Translations under genes and position numbers: made by a program
Assembly (NCBI GenBank): GCA_028688325.1
Contig: JAQTYI010000001.1
Location: 31,088 to 95,087, forward strand
DNA: 64,000 bases
Origin: Candidatus Portnoybacteria bacterium
Lineage (GTDB): Bacteria; Patescibacteriota; Minisyncoccia; Portnoybacterales; GWB1-42-6
Direction of reading: 5' to 3'
Shown here: positions 18,151 through 27,803 of the stretch, one piece after another
Position numbering within the stretch: position 1 is the stretch's first letter
Layout: each line of letters begins with the position of its first letter
The notes under the pieces: model-generated
The model's database searches: none
Told to the model about the DNA's origin: nothing
The model's input: the letters and a program-made list of their open reading frames with translations, nothing else

Positions 18151-19185
18151 TTAATTCAGGTTCAACGAATGTATATCCAAAATATATCCCCGATAATCGC
18201 CGCTGCCGACATATTTATAGGTCGGCAAGCCGATGAGCTGGCCGGCCGAATTTATCGCCGCGCCGCCGGAATTGCCCCTGTCAATTTGCGCGTCCGTGCC
18301 AAAATATATATCGCCGGAAGTCAGATTACTGATTATCCCCTTGGTCACGGAAAAATTGAATTTGGCCGATTCCGGGAAGCCGACGATGTAAACCGGATCG
18401 CCGATCTGCGGCTGGCCAACAGCCGACCGAAAAAATTGAAAAGAGTTCAAAATGGGCGCGTTCTGCGTCTGGCCGCCGGCATCCTGATAGATTACATCCT
18501 GAACTTTCAGCAAGGCCGCATCGCGTCCGCTAAAATACCCTGCCACCACCGCCCGATATTCCCTTTTATAGCTCTGGCTGGCGGTGTCATAATCGCCGCT
18601 AAAAAGCACCAGGCAGTAATCGGGCGTTTGCCCGGAAGAAAGCTGCGCCACATGCTGATTGGTTAAGATTTTTCCATCGCTGCTTATCAAAACTCCCGAA
18701 CCCAATTGCCAGGCGCCCAGAGATTTATTTTCACAAGCGATTTGCACCACCTTTTCACTGGCTTTCCATGTTTGTATCAAATTAGCATCACCTCCCGCAA
18801 AGGGCGTTTGGCCGCTTTGCGCCTGAAGCTGCTGCAATTGTTTTTCCAGCGAACTGATTTTTTGGTTTGCGCTGCTTAACGCTTCTTGCGTTTTCAGGTC
18901 CGGCGCTGGAGAGGGCGAAGCGAAAGTCAATGCAACGGCCGAAGGTTGTTTTTTCAGCGCCTCAACTTCTCTTCTTAATTGATCAATCTCCGATTGAGTT
19001 GAAGTTCCGTTGGTATTCAACGATTTAGGAACCAAAGAAAAATCCAATTTTAAATTATTCTGGCCGCCAAAAACTGAGGTAATTTCCCTGAAGATCTTGG
19101 TTTGATATTTGTATATTAAAAAACCGGCCGCACCGACGGCCATTAAAGAAATGGTGACCAAAAAAATAAAATATCTCCTGCTCAT
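18151..19185 (-). CDS. Trypsin-like serine protease (HtrA/S1C-like, no PDZ domain) with N-terminal TM and coiled coil
   Basis: Catalytic triad contexts LTNQHV (His), DAALLKV (Asp) and GNSGGAAIN (Ser). Confidence 0.7.
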   Translation of the reverse strand: MSRRYFIFLVTISLMAVGAAGFLIYKYQTKIFREITSVFGGQNNLKLDFSLVPKSLNTNGTSTQSEIDQLRREVEALKKQPSAVALTFASPSPAPDLKTQEALSSANQKISSLEKQLQQLQAQSGQTPFAGGDANLIQTWKASEKVVQIACENKSLGAWQLGSGVLISSDGKILTNQHVAQLSSGQTPDYCLVLFSGDYDTASQSYKREYRAVVAGYFSGRDAALLKVQDVIYQDAGGQTQNAPILNSFQFFRSAVGQPQIGDPVYIVGFPESAKFNFSVTKGIISNLTSGDIYFGTDAQIDRGNSGGAAINSAGQLIGLPTYKYVGSGDYRGYILDIHSLNLN

Positions 19186-19189
19186 TTTA

Positions 19190-20422
19190 TTACAATGTAA
19201 ACAGATAATAAAACAATAAAACATCGCCCAAAACCAGAAGAACCATAGTCAGCCACCCGCCAAACACGCTTAAGCGCGTGCAGCAAAAATTTCCCATTAC
19301 TTTAGGTTCTCTGGCCAAGCGCAAAATTAAATAGATTATGACCGGCGTTATAGCGCCGACCATTACCTGCGAATAAAATAACGCCTTGATGGGGTTCAAG
19401 TCAAACAGCAACGCGGCCAGACAGAAAACAAAACCGAATGTTATCATCCCGTAAAACCCTTTGGCTTGGCTCGGTTTCCGGTTCAAACCCTCGGGCAGCT
19501 TGAAAAATTCGGCTATGCCATAAGCCGAAGAAACCGCCAAAATAGGAATTGCCAAAATACCCGAACCGATAAGGCCCAAACCGAACAGTTTCGTGGCCCA
19601 CGGCCCGGCCACCGGCGCCAACGCCCGGGCGATGTCTTTAACGGTCAAAATATTTATATCGGTCTTGAGCATAACGCTGGCGCTGGCCACGATGACAAAA
19701 AACGCCGCTAAGGCGCTGTAAATAAATCCCAGCACCACCGCCCGGCTCGAAGAGCTGATCTGCTTTGCGCCTCGCGCCTCTTCGATTTCCTGTTCCGTCT
19801 GCCAAAAAAACGCGTAGGGAGAAAAACTGGTTCCTATCAAGCCCAAGGCCGCCATAAAATACGCAATATTAAATTTTATCGGCGGATAAATGATCGATTT
19901 GAAAATCAAGCCCCAATCGGGCTTAGCCAGGATGCCGGCAAAAAAATAAGCCAGAATGATGCCGGCGAACCAGAAAAAATACCGGGCGATCTTTTTATAG
20001 CTGTCAAAAACTATCACATACCAGACGAAGATTATCAGCGGAACGATGAAATAAATATAATTCCAGCTGGTTAAAAGCTGGAAACCCGCGGCCATGCCGA
20101 TAATATCGGCCACCAGCGTCAGAAGATTGGCCACGACCAAAACCAACACCGCCAAAAGGGCCACGCGCCGGCCGAAATGTTCCTTTATCAAAGTTATGAG
20201 CCCCTTTTTGGTAACATCGCCTATTCGCGCCGTTATCTGATGGATGGCGATAAGCAGAGGAGTTGAAACCAAAAGAAGCCAGAGCTGAGAAAACCCCGTT
20301 GTCGCACCGATCACCGAGTAAGTGGAAATGCTTGACGGATCGTCATCCGCGCTGGCCGTTATGATGCCCGGCAGATAGGACCGGCGAAATCGTTTTATCG
20401 GTTTTAAAAAATAGTGGAGCAT
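19190..20422 (-). CDS. NRAMP-family divalent metal (Mn2+/Fe2+) transporter
   Basis: GIITASADDDPSSISTYSVIGATTGF..LWLL matches the NRAMP DPGN-region consensus; 10-11 predicted TM helices. Confidence 0.7.
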   Translation of the reverse strand: MLHYFLKPIKRFRRSYLPGIITASADDDPSSISTYSVIGATTGFSQLWLLLVSTPLLIAIHQITARIGDVTKKGLITLIKEHFGRRVALLAVLVLVVANLLTLVADIIGMAAGFQLLTSWNYIYFIVPLIIFVWYVIVFDSYKKIARYFFWFAGIILAYFFAGILAKPDWGLIFKSIIYPPIKFNIAYFMAALGLIGTSFSPYAFFWQTEQEIEEARGAKQISSSSRAVVLGFIYSALAAFFVIVASASVMLKTDINILTVKDIARALAPVAGPWATKLFGLGLIGSGILAIPILAVSSAYGIAEFFKLPEGLNRKPSQAKGFYGMITFGFVFCLAALLFDLNPIKALFYSQVMVGAITPVIIYLILRLAREPKVMGNFCCTRLSVFGGWLTMVLLVLGDVLLFYYLFTL

Positions 20423-20555
20423 ACAATTAAAGTATATCTAAATTACCGCTAAAAATAAAGATTCGGGCGCAAAACTTTAACCTGGCGCTAAAACCCCGCC
20501 ATGGCGGGGTTTTAGCGCTTTACTCAAACGCTTATTTATCCGTTAATTTACCGAT

Positions 20556-21524
20556 TCACTTCGTCTTCACCGGCGTCAACGGCGCCTCGCCAGATAGTAC
20601 CGCGATAATATTTTTGGCCGCCAATTCGCTCATGGCCGAGCGGGTTTCTTCCGTGGCCGAAGCGATATGGGGCACAAGTACCGTATTTGGCAACTCGGCC
20701 AATCCCGGCGCCATTTTCGGCTCTTGCTCATAGACATCCAAGGCCGCGCCTTTTATCTCGCCGGCTTTTAATGCCTCCACCAATGCGGCTTCATCAACTA
20801 TCGGACCGCGGGAAGTGTTGACCAGGTATGCCGTCTTTTTCATCATCTTCAATTTTTCAGCGTTTATCAGGTGCTTGGTTTCCGGTGTCATCGGGACATG
20901 GATAGAAACGAAATCCGATTGCTGCAACAAAGTATCCAAATCCGCGAACTGCAGATTATATTTTTTCTCCAGCTCCTCATTACGCTTGGCATCATAATAT
21001 AAAATTTTCATTTCGAAGCCATCAAACATCCTCTTGGCCACGGCCGCGCCGATCCGGCCAAAACCCACTAATCCTAAGGTCTTCCCCACCAAGTCATTCC
21101 CCAAAAACATCATCGGCCCCCAGCCCATATATTTGCCGTCGCGCATGAACTGGTCCGCCTCGACCACCCGCCGGGAAATGGCGAATATCAAGGCAATCGC
21201 CATTTCGGCGACCGACTCGGTCAGAACATCGGGGGTATTAGTAATAATCACATTATGCGCCGCCGCGTCTTTTAAATTTATGTTATCGTAGCCCACCGCG
21301 TAGTTGGCGATGATTTTCAACTGCGGCCCGGCCGCGTCCATCAATTCCGCGTCCATTTTATCGGTCAGTAAAGATAAAATTGCGTCCACGCCTTTAACTT
21401 TGGCCAGCAATTGTTCGCGCGGCAAGACCCCGTCAACGGCCGACACTTCCACTTCAAAGCCCTTTTCCTGGAGTATTTTTATACCGGCTTCCGGAAGGCG
21501 CCGGGTCACAAAAACTTTTGGCAT
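20556..21524 (-). CDS. D-isomer-specific 2-hydroxyacid dehydrogenase (glyoxylate/hydroxypyruvate reductase-like)
   Basis: NAD-binding GLVGFGRIG and catalytic motifs (R..G, E, H in PHIAS). Confidence 0.85.
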   Translation of the reverse strand: MPKVFVTRRLPEAGIKILQEKGFEVEVSAVDGVLPREQLLAKVKGVDAILSLLTDKMDAELMDAAGPQLKIIANYAVGYDNINLKDAAAHNVIITNTPDVLTESVAEMAIALIFAISRRVVEADQFMRDGKYMGWGPMMFLGNDLVGKTLGLVGFGRIGAAVAKRMFDGFEMKILYYDAKRNEELEKKYNLQFADLDTLLQQSDFVSIHVPMTPETKHLINAEKLKMMKKTAYLVNTSRGPIVDEAALVEALKAGEIKGAALDVYEQEPKMAPGLAELPNTVLVPHIASATEETRSAMSELAAKNIIAVLSGEAPLTPVKTK

Positions 21525-21560
21525 ATGTTTTACTTTCTTAATTTAAAATAATTATTCGTA

Positions 21561-22433
21561 TTATGCTTTACCGGCCGAACCGAACATCCTGATCTTTTCC
21601 GCCACCACTTTTTTAACCTCCTCAAAACTGTGCTCCAAAATCTTATACGGCGTGGTTTCGTCGGGTTTTTCCGCCAATTCCTTATCCAATCCGGCTTTAT
21701 AGGCCAAGCGAAGTTCCGTGTTGATGTTGACTTTCGCGATTCCCATCTCTATCGCCTTTTTAACATCTTCAGCTGGAATGCCGGAACCCCCGTGCAAAAC
21801 TAAAAACGCCTTATCGCCAATAGCTTCTTTAATCTCCGCCAGGCGCTTCAAGTGCAGTTTTTCTTCGCCCGCCGCGAAAACGCCATGCGCGTTACCGATA
21901 ACCACGGCCAAGGAGTCCACGCCTGTTCTCTCAATAAAATCCAACGCCTGTTCCGGGCTAGTCAGATCACTTTCTTTAATTTCCAGTTTTTCCTTATGCA
22001 AAGATGAGGCGCCCCGCAGATAACCTAGCTCCCCCTCCACGATAATTTCCCGGTCAAAAGTTTTTTCCACCTGCCGGATGTATTTTACGACTTCATTCGT
22101 CTGCGCCAAGTTCTTCTCATAGGGCAAAGAAGAGCCGTCAAAATGCACGGCGTTGTAGCCCGCGGCCACGACTTTTTTTATTATCTCCAGGCTCTTGCCA
22201 TGGTCCAGATTCAAAATTATCGGCAATTTGGTCGCCTCGCGCCAGGCCTCAACCAAAGCAGCGGCTTCGCGCATACCGATAAAACCCGCCTCCCCCTCGG
22301 AAGTTGAAACGATTATCGGCGATTTCAATTCTTGCGCCGCGGCCACAATGGCCTTTAAAATTTCCGCGGTGGAAAAATTAAAGGAACCCACGGCGTATTT
22401 TCCTTGTTGGGCTTTTTTTAGAATTTCTTTCAT
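21561..22433 (-). CDS. fba: Class II fructose-bisphosphate aldolase
   Basis: Zn-binding LNLDHG, VLHGGSG and the class II FBA/tagatose-bisphosphate aldolase family fold. Confidence 0.85.
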   Translation of the reverse strand: MKEILKKAQQGKYAVGSFNFSTAEILKAIVAAAQELKSPIIVSTSEGEAGFIGMREAAALVEAWREATKLPIILNLDHGKSLEIIKKVVAAGYNAVHFDGSSLPYEKNLAQTNEVVKYIRQVEKTFDREIIVEGELGYLRGASSLHKEKLEIKESDLTSPEQALDFIERTGVDSLAVVIGNAHGVFAAGEEKLHLKRLAEIKEAIGDKAFLVLHGGSGIPAEDVKKAIEMGIAKVNINTELRLAYKAGLDKELAEKPDETTPYKILEHSFEEVKKVVAEKIRMFGSAGKA

Positions 22434-22437
22434 ATTT

Positions 22438-22900
22438 TAACTACTAAATACTAATTTTTACGAATATACTAAAAATTATTTAATATTCAAAACTCTTTTA
22501 AATTTAACTCCAGTTTTTGAGAAGTGAGCAATAATTCCCAGCATCAAACCCTTGGCTTTTAAATAAGAATACAGCTGGCTAATATCTTTTTTAGAAAAAT
22601 AATCCCTGACTTTAATTTCTAAAACTATTTTGTCGTCGATCAAAAAATCGAAAAAATACTTTCCCACTATGCTCCCGCGATAGTTAATTTTTACCGGCAA
22701 TTGCTCAATAAAAACGATCCTTTCTCGTTCCAAATCTTTAGCTACTGCTCTTTGATAAAAAACTTCTTTGTGGTTGCTGCCAATATTGCTCCATACATTA
22801 AACAAAATACCCACAATCTTATAAGATAACTCCGGATATACCAAATCATCCCTTATCTTCACCATTTTGTATATTAGTACAAATTAGTATTTAGTAGTTA
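22438..22900. mobile_element. 463-bp cassette bounded by perfect 20-bp inverted repeats (TAACTACTAAATACTAATTT) that carries the GxxExxY gene
   Basis: The left TIR at 22438-22457 is the reverse complement of 22881-22900. The cassette fills the gap exactly between the fba start codon (22433) and the stop codon of the upstream 422-aa gene (22898-22900). Confidence 0.65.
22476..22865 (-). CDS. GxxExxY-family protein (PD-(D/E)XK-like)
   Basis: YPELSYKIVGILFNVW..G.....EVFYQRAVAKDLE..KINYRG matches the GxxExxY family pattern; 129 aa. Confidence 0.7.
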   Translation of the reverse strand: MVKIRDDLVYPELSYKIVGILFNVWSNIGSNHKEVFYQRAVAKDLERERIVFIEQLPVKINYRGSIVGKYFFDFLIDDKIVLEIKVRDYFSKKDISQLYSYLKAKGLMLGIIAHFSKTGVKFKRVLNIK

Positions 22901-24166
22901 CAACTCGATGAATCCTTTCTCAATATTGTTCAAAACTAATTCCCTCAACTTTTCCTCCCCCATAAATTCCATGAATATCTTATTCCACAGCGATTCCTGC
23001 TGGTGATAAAGATATTTTCCAAGACCCCCGTGGGTCAAGGCCACGATATTGTCTATCAGATCAAAGCTCACGATTTCTTCGCCTTTTTTACCGGCCAGGA
23101 ATATATCGCCGGCAAAATCATCGGCGCCACGCCAAAATTCCATATCGGCTTGCGGATATTTTTCCGCCAAAAGATCCATTTCTTTTTCCGCCCGCAGCCA
23201 ATGTAAATTCTCCGTGTTCACATGGGGCTCAAAAAGCCGCGGATCCTGAGGATCCGCCTTGGCCAAATATCTTTGGATAACTCTCCAAGATATTTTTCCG
23301 TCCTGCAAAGCGGCGCCCGATGCTTTGCCGGAAAGTAAATCCACAATGTTTTTTCCAAAGTCCGGCCGCTTTGCGTATCGCCTGAACAACTCGCAATAAA
23401 AATCGATTTCGTGAATATAGTGCAAGACCAAACTGAATGTTTCCGCGATCCGGCCGGGAGCGTAGACATGGACGCCGCCGTTCCCGTTAGAGGCCTCGGG
23501 GATGATAAAAACAAGGCCAAGCTCTTTCAAGTGGCTGATGTGATGAAGCTTTTTGCCGACAAATTTAGCGCCGATCTTCGCCCATTTTTCAGAAAGCACG
23601 CGCACTTTTATTTCCCTTTCTTCAAAATTATCCGCGGTTAAGTCATTATACGGCCTGAAAAATGTTTCGTTCAGCCAACGCTCGTTTTCCACAAAGCGCA
23701 AGGCGGCAAAAACTTCATACAAATTCTCCTTGGCCAGCATTTCTTGCACGCCGGCGTACCCTAAATCGCCCAAAATATTTTTGGGCGGATTCAAGAACAA
23801 AAAATCGCGCAGTTTTTCTTCTTGCAAAAAAAATCCGTTTTTTACGCCAGAAATTTCCTTTATCTTGCCTATCATGACTCCGCAGCCGTCCTGCTTGCTC
23901 AGATCCGGCTCGCCCAAAAATTCATAGAATGCCTTGTCGGCTTCTTTGGTTTTTTCAAAAAGCTTCGCCTGCACCAATTGAGCATCGGCTTTTTCTTCCG
24001 CTATGCCGAGTTCCTTTAATTTTTGCTTGACTATAGCTTCGTTCTCCTTGCAAATTTTTTCGGCCACGCCGGTTGTGCCGGTCAATTTTTCCATTTTGGC
24101 GAAAATCTCGGCCAAAACGCTTTCGGGCGAACGCAATAATGCGGCGATTTTTTGGACTGGTGTCAT
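22898..24166 (-). CDS. Hypothetical protein (422 aa), no family recognised
   Basis: Long uninterrupted ORF between the mobile cassette and the sugar-kinase gene. Confidence 0.5.
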   Translation of the reverse strand: MTPVQKIAALLRSPESVLAEIFAKMEKLTGTTGVAEKICKENEAIVKQKLKELGIAEEKADAQLVQAKLFEKTKEADKAFYEFLGEPDLSKQDGCGVMIGKIKEISGVKNGFFLQEEKLRDFLFLNPPKNILGDLGYAGVQEMLAKENLYEVFAALRFVENERWLNETFFRPYNDLTADNFEEREIKVRVLSEKWAKIGAKFVGKKLHHISHLKELGLVFIIPEASNGNGGVHVYAPGRIAETFSLVLHYIHEIDFYCELFRRYAKRPDFGKNIVDLLSGKASGAALQDGKISWRVIQRYLAKADPQDPRLFEPHVNTENLHWLRAEKEMDLLAEKYPQADMEFWRGADDFAGDIFLAGKKGEEIVSFDLIDNIVALTHGGLGKYLYHQQESLWNKIFMEFMGEEKLRELVLNNIEKGFIEL

Positions 24167-24176
24167 TTTATGGAAT

Positions 24177-25169
24177 TTATTTTTTTATACCCTGCGCGGA
24201 TACTTGCACCTTTTCCCAGGGCCCCCATTCTCCTTTTTTCAACAAGCCGTTTTTGGCGCCAAGCTTTTGAATCGTGCCAGTGGCGTTGGCTGTGCCGAAT
24301 TGTATGGCCTCGCTGACTGAGCCGCCGTTGATTATCGTTGCCGCAAAGCCAGAACCGAACGCGTCGCCCGAGCCCGTGCGATCAACATAGCCGGATTCGG
24401 GAATCCCGGCCCGATAAATGTTCTTGCCGTCCGAGACCGCCACGCCGTCTTTTCCCTTGCTCATCACTGCGATACCCGGCACCAGTTCGTCAAATTTTTT
24501 GAACAGTTCCTCTTCTTCCTTAAAATAAATGCCGGTTATCAGTGTGGCTTCTTCTTGATTAACCAATAAAATGTCTATTTTGTTCAAAAGTTTTTTTAAA
24601 ACATCCAGGTCTTTTGTTAGCTGATCGTGGCCGGGATTTACCGCCAATTTGATTTTATTATCCGCGGCAAAATTAATTATCGGCTCAAATGTTTTTGATG
24701 CCTCGCCCGACAACCCCGAAAGATAGAACCACCTGGACCGCTTCAGCCGCTCAAAAGGAATATCTTCCAGCGATAAAAGATGCGACGCCCCCTCATACAC
24801 CAAAATGCTCCTGTCTTTGCCGAGAGCGGATAAAATTATGGAATGGGGCGTGCTCGCCTTTTGAGTCGTCTTTATAAAACTGCAATCAACGCCCAAATCG
24901 TTCATTTCGCGAAATACTTCCAGCCCGCTTTGGTCATTGCCTATAAGCCCGACATACGCGGTTTCCAGCCCTTGCAGCGCAAACGACGCGGCACAATTTG
25001 TGCCGCCTCCGCCCGTGGCGAAAACCAATTCTTCAATGTAAATTTTCCCGCCCGCTTCCACGGCCAAGGCCTTGCCGGTCACAAATTCCGGACTATCAAT
25101 GATTTTAAATTCCTTGCCGCGCACGAAAATATCGCGTGTGGCCGAGCCGAAAGTTATTACATCATACAT
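24177..25169 (-). CDS. PfkB-family carbohydrate kinase (ribokinase/fructokinase-like)
   Basis: PfkB signature 2 DRTGSGDAFGSGF and an N-terminal GG motif (ATGGGGTN). Confidence 0.8.
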   Translation of the reverse strand: MYDVITFGSATRDIFVRGKEFKIIDSPEFVTGKALAVEAGGKIYIEELVFATGGGGTNCAASFALQGLETAYVGLIGNDQSGLEVFREMNDLGVDCSFIKTTQKASTPHSIILSALGKDRSILVYEGASHLLSLEDIPFERLKRSRWFYLSGLSGEASKTFEPIINFAADNKIKLAVNPGHDQLTKDLDVLKKLLNKIDILLVNQEEATLITGIYFKEEEELFKKFDELVPGIAVMSKGKDGVAVSDGKNIYRAGIPESGYVDRTGSGDAFGSGFAATIINGGSVSEAIQFGTANATGTIQKLGAKNGLLKKGEWGPWEKVQVSAQGIKK

Positions 25170-25212
25170 AAATTATGATCTGTCATTCTGGCGAAAGCCA
25201 GAATCCAGGTTT

Positions 25213-25470
25213 TTATAATTCGTAATACAAATCGCGCCATTGAGGATTTATTTTTTCAATCAATTCTATTTTCCATTTTCTTTTCCAATTTTTCAGTTGT
25301 TTTTCTCTATTTAAAGCGCTGTATGCATCATTGATATAATCATAATAAACAAGCGAATGTAACTTGTATTTCTTAGTAAAGCCCATCGACCGCATTACTT
25401 TTATGTTCCCAAATCCTTTTTTTCAAATTAGAAGTAACTCTTATATATAAAGTACCGTTTCACCCGCCAG
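25213..25470 (-). pseudogene. Degraded GIY-YIG nuclease-family gene (multiple frameshifts)
   Basis: The track ORF (MGFTKKYKLHSLVYYDY..REKQLKNWKRKWKIELI) matches the C-terminal half of small GIY-YIG proteins. Upstream, YYVYILAGG (the GIY-YIG N-terminus) and LKKRIWEHKSN lie in two other frames separated by stops. Confidence 0.5.
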
Positions 25471-25535
25471 CAAGAATATAAACATAATAATTCTTCAAAT
25501 TCATTCCTGGATGCCGGGTCAAGCCCGGCATGATA

Positions 25536-27791
25536 CTAATTGATAGCTTTTTTTATCTGCTCCAATATCCCCTGCGGATCAAATTGCGCCAGTTTATAAA
25601 CATCCGCCACCGGTCCGGATTTAAGAAATTTGTCTATCTCCAGAGTCCGCTTTTCATAATCGGCCGGCAGCATAAACGGGTCCAAAAAGCCCGACCAGCC
25701 GTTATGGATAGTGATGACAATTTTCCTGTCTTCATCCGAAAAGATTTCCTCGGCTTTGGCCGGATTGTTCCTGCGCAGTTCCACAAAAAGCTCAGGCGAG
25801 GTCACCGCCACGATCTTAACATCCGAGTCCTTTTCCAGCTCCGGCAGGATTTCCAAGGTATTGGCCAGCGATTGCCCGCCGCAGATCGCCAAACAAATCT
25901 TACGCTTGCCGTTGTTTGCAAACGGCTTAAAAACATACGCGCCGTTAACCGCTTCCCTGGCCGCGGGAACCGTAAAATCGCCATACGCCCCATCTCCGCG
26001 CTTCAAAACAGGCGTCAGCGGACGCATCACGGAAAAAGCCACCGGCTCTTGTTTGGCCATCGCGTAAAAAAGCATTTCTACCGCTTCGTTGGCGTCCATG
26101 GGCTTATAAACTTTGATGCCGGGATACGCGTCAAAAAGCGCCATCCAGAAAAGCCCCTGATGGGTCGGGCCATCTTCACCCGTCTCGGGGCCATCGTGCG
26201 CCGCCAACATGATGAAAAATCCGTTCATAGCGGGATTGACCATATTGTTGATTATCGCCATGCGCACCGCGTTGCCCATCATGGAAGTAAAAACGCCGTA
26301 GGTTGAAAAAATGCTCATGGCCTTAAAACCGCCCGGCAAAATATCCTGCGTGATAGTTGCCGACATCATCGCCATATTGGGCTCGGCGATGCCGAATCTG
26401 AATCCCCTGCCCAACGGATTTTTCGCATTGACTATGCCGTAGATATTTTCCGCGGCCGCCGTCAGGGTTGATTTTGCCAGATCATCCGAGCCGGCGTAAA
26501 AAAACGCGCTCTGCCCCATCATCCATTTAAAGAATGCCTCGGTCGCTTTCCGGACAGCCGCCGGCTCGCCTTCTTTGAAAACCAGCTCCGGCGGCAAAAC
26601 AGCCGGCCGCTTGATGGAACGGTAATCGGCCATGGGTCTGCCGGCCAATGCCGCTTTCATCTTTTCCGCCAGCTCGCTTTCGGGTTTCAACATTTTTTTG
26701 CTGACTTCCATGCGCTCCAGAACATAAAACACATCATCGCGCGTAAGCTTGGATAAAACGACTTTGACATCGTCGGCGGTTTGCCCTTCAACGCCCGGAA
26801 TATCAAAACCGAGTTTTTTCATTATCTCGACATATTCCGGGTGCGGCGCCGGCGTGCCATGCGAATCGGCCGTGCCTTCCAATTTTCCGTAATCCTTGCC
26901 TTTGATGGTATGACAGACAACCGCCGTGGGCCGGCCATTGCCAAAACCCGCGCACGCTTTTTTGTACGCTTGCGCCAATTCCAAAACATTGTGGCCGTCA
27001 ACTTCTATAACATTCCAGCCAAAACCCAGCCAATGGTTCAGATACGGAGTTGAAATAACATCGGTAATAGGACCGTCAATGCCAAAGCCGTTCCAGTCCA
27101 CCGAGACAATGATATTATCGCCGCCCATGGAAACGATGGTATTTCGCGCTTCGTAGCTTATGCCTTCTTCGGTTTCCGCATCGCCAGATAGAACGAAAAC
27201 TTTTCCATCCAGGCCATTGGTTTTTTGCAGCATCGCCAAAGCCAGCGCGCAGGAAAGGCCGTGTCCGGATGAGCCGGTTGATGCGTCAGCCAAAGGATAT
27301 TTTGACTCCACATGGCCGCTCGGGCCGTCGCAGCGCCGGAACTTTTCCAGGCAAACCGGCAAGTCAAAACCCAAAATTTCCTTATCGGCCTTGGTGCCGC
27401 CTTTTTCTATAACATCATATATTAAAGCCAAAATCGCATGATGCAGCGGCGTGCAGTGGCCCGCGGACCAGACAACCCTGTCGCGGCCGGGGTTTTTCGG
27501 CGCCATCGGATCAAAAGCCATCACGCCCGAAAATATCATCGCCAAAAGCTGTTCCACCTTGGAAGAAGAACCGCCTGGATGTCCGGATTTTATGCCATCG
27601 ATCGCGGCGAACGCCAAACCGCGGATAATTTTTGCCAGCCGATTTATTTTTTCCACATCGAGACCCTCGATCGGCGCCAATTCCAAACCTTTAATATTCA
27701 AATATACTCCGCCTTCGGATTTGAATTCAAATCTTTGCGGCTCGGCCCGTTTTAAAGCATCCAGGTCTTTTTGCTCGAGAATATTATACAT
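25536..27791 (-). CDS. tkt: Transketolase
   Basis: TPP-binding N-terminus GHPGGSSS, DGHN motif, and pyrimidine-binding and C-terminal domains. Confidence 0.85.
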   Translation of the reverse strand: MYNILEQKDLDALKRAEPQRFEFKSEGGVYLNIKGLELAPIEGLDVEKINRLAKIIRGLAFAAIDGIKSGHPGGSSSKVEQLLAMIFSGVMAFDPMAPKNPGRDRVVWSAGHCTPLHHAILALIYDVIEKGGTKADKEILGFDLPVCLEKFRRCDGPSGHVESKYPLADASTGSSGHGLSCALALAMLQKTNGLDGKVFVLSGDAETEEGISYEARNTIVSMGGDNIIVSVDWNGFGIDGPITDVISTPYLNHWLGFGWNVIEVDGHNVLELAQAYKKACAGFGNGRPTAVVCHTIKGKDYGKLEGTADSHGTPAPHPEYVEIMKKLGFDIPGVEGQTADDVKVVLSKLTRDDVFYVLERMEVSKKMLKPESELAEKMKAALAGRPMADYRSIKRPAVLPPELVFKEGEPAAVRKATEAFFKWMMGQSAFFYAGSDDLAKSTLTAAAENIYGIVNAKNPLGRGFRFGIAEPNMAMMSATITQDILPGGFKAMSIFSTYGVFTSMMGNAVRMAIINNMVNPAMNGFFIMLAAHDGPETGEDGPTHQGLFWMALFDAYPGIKVYKPMDANEAVEMLFYAMAKQEPVAFSVMRPLTPVLKRGDGAYGDFTVPAAREAVNGAYVFKPFANNGKRKICLAICGGQSLANTLEILPELEKDSDVKIVAVTSPELFVELRRNNPAKAEEIFSDEDRKIVITIHNGWSGFLDPFMLPADYEKRTLEIDKFLKSGPVADVYKLAQFDPQGILEQIKKAIN

Positions 27792-27803
27792 AACAAACTT
27801 TTC

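Noticed and set aside
25530-26306. 258-aa plus-strand ORF and other ORFs antisense to transketolase (25711-27807)
   Set aside because: They are antisense to tkt, which has clear TPP-binding motifs; they are GC-skewed artefacts.
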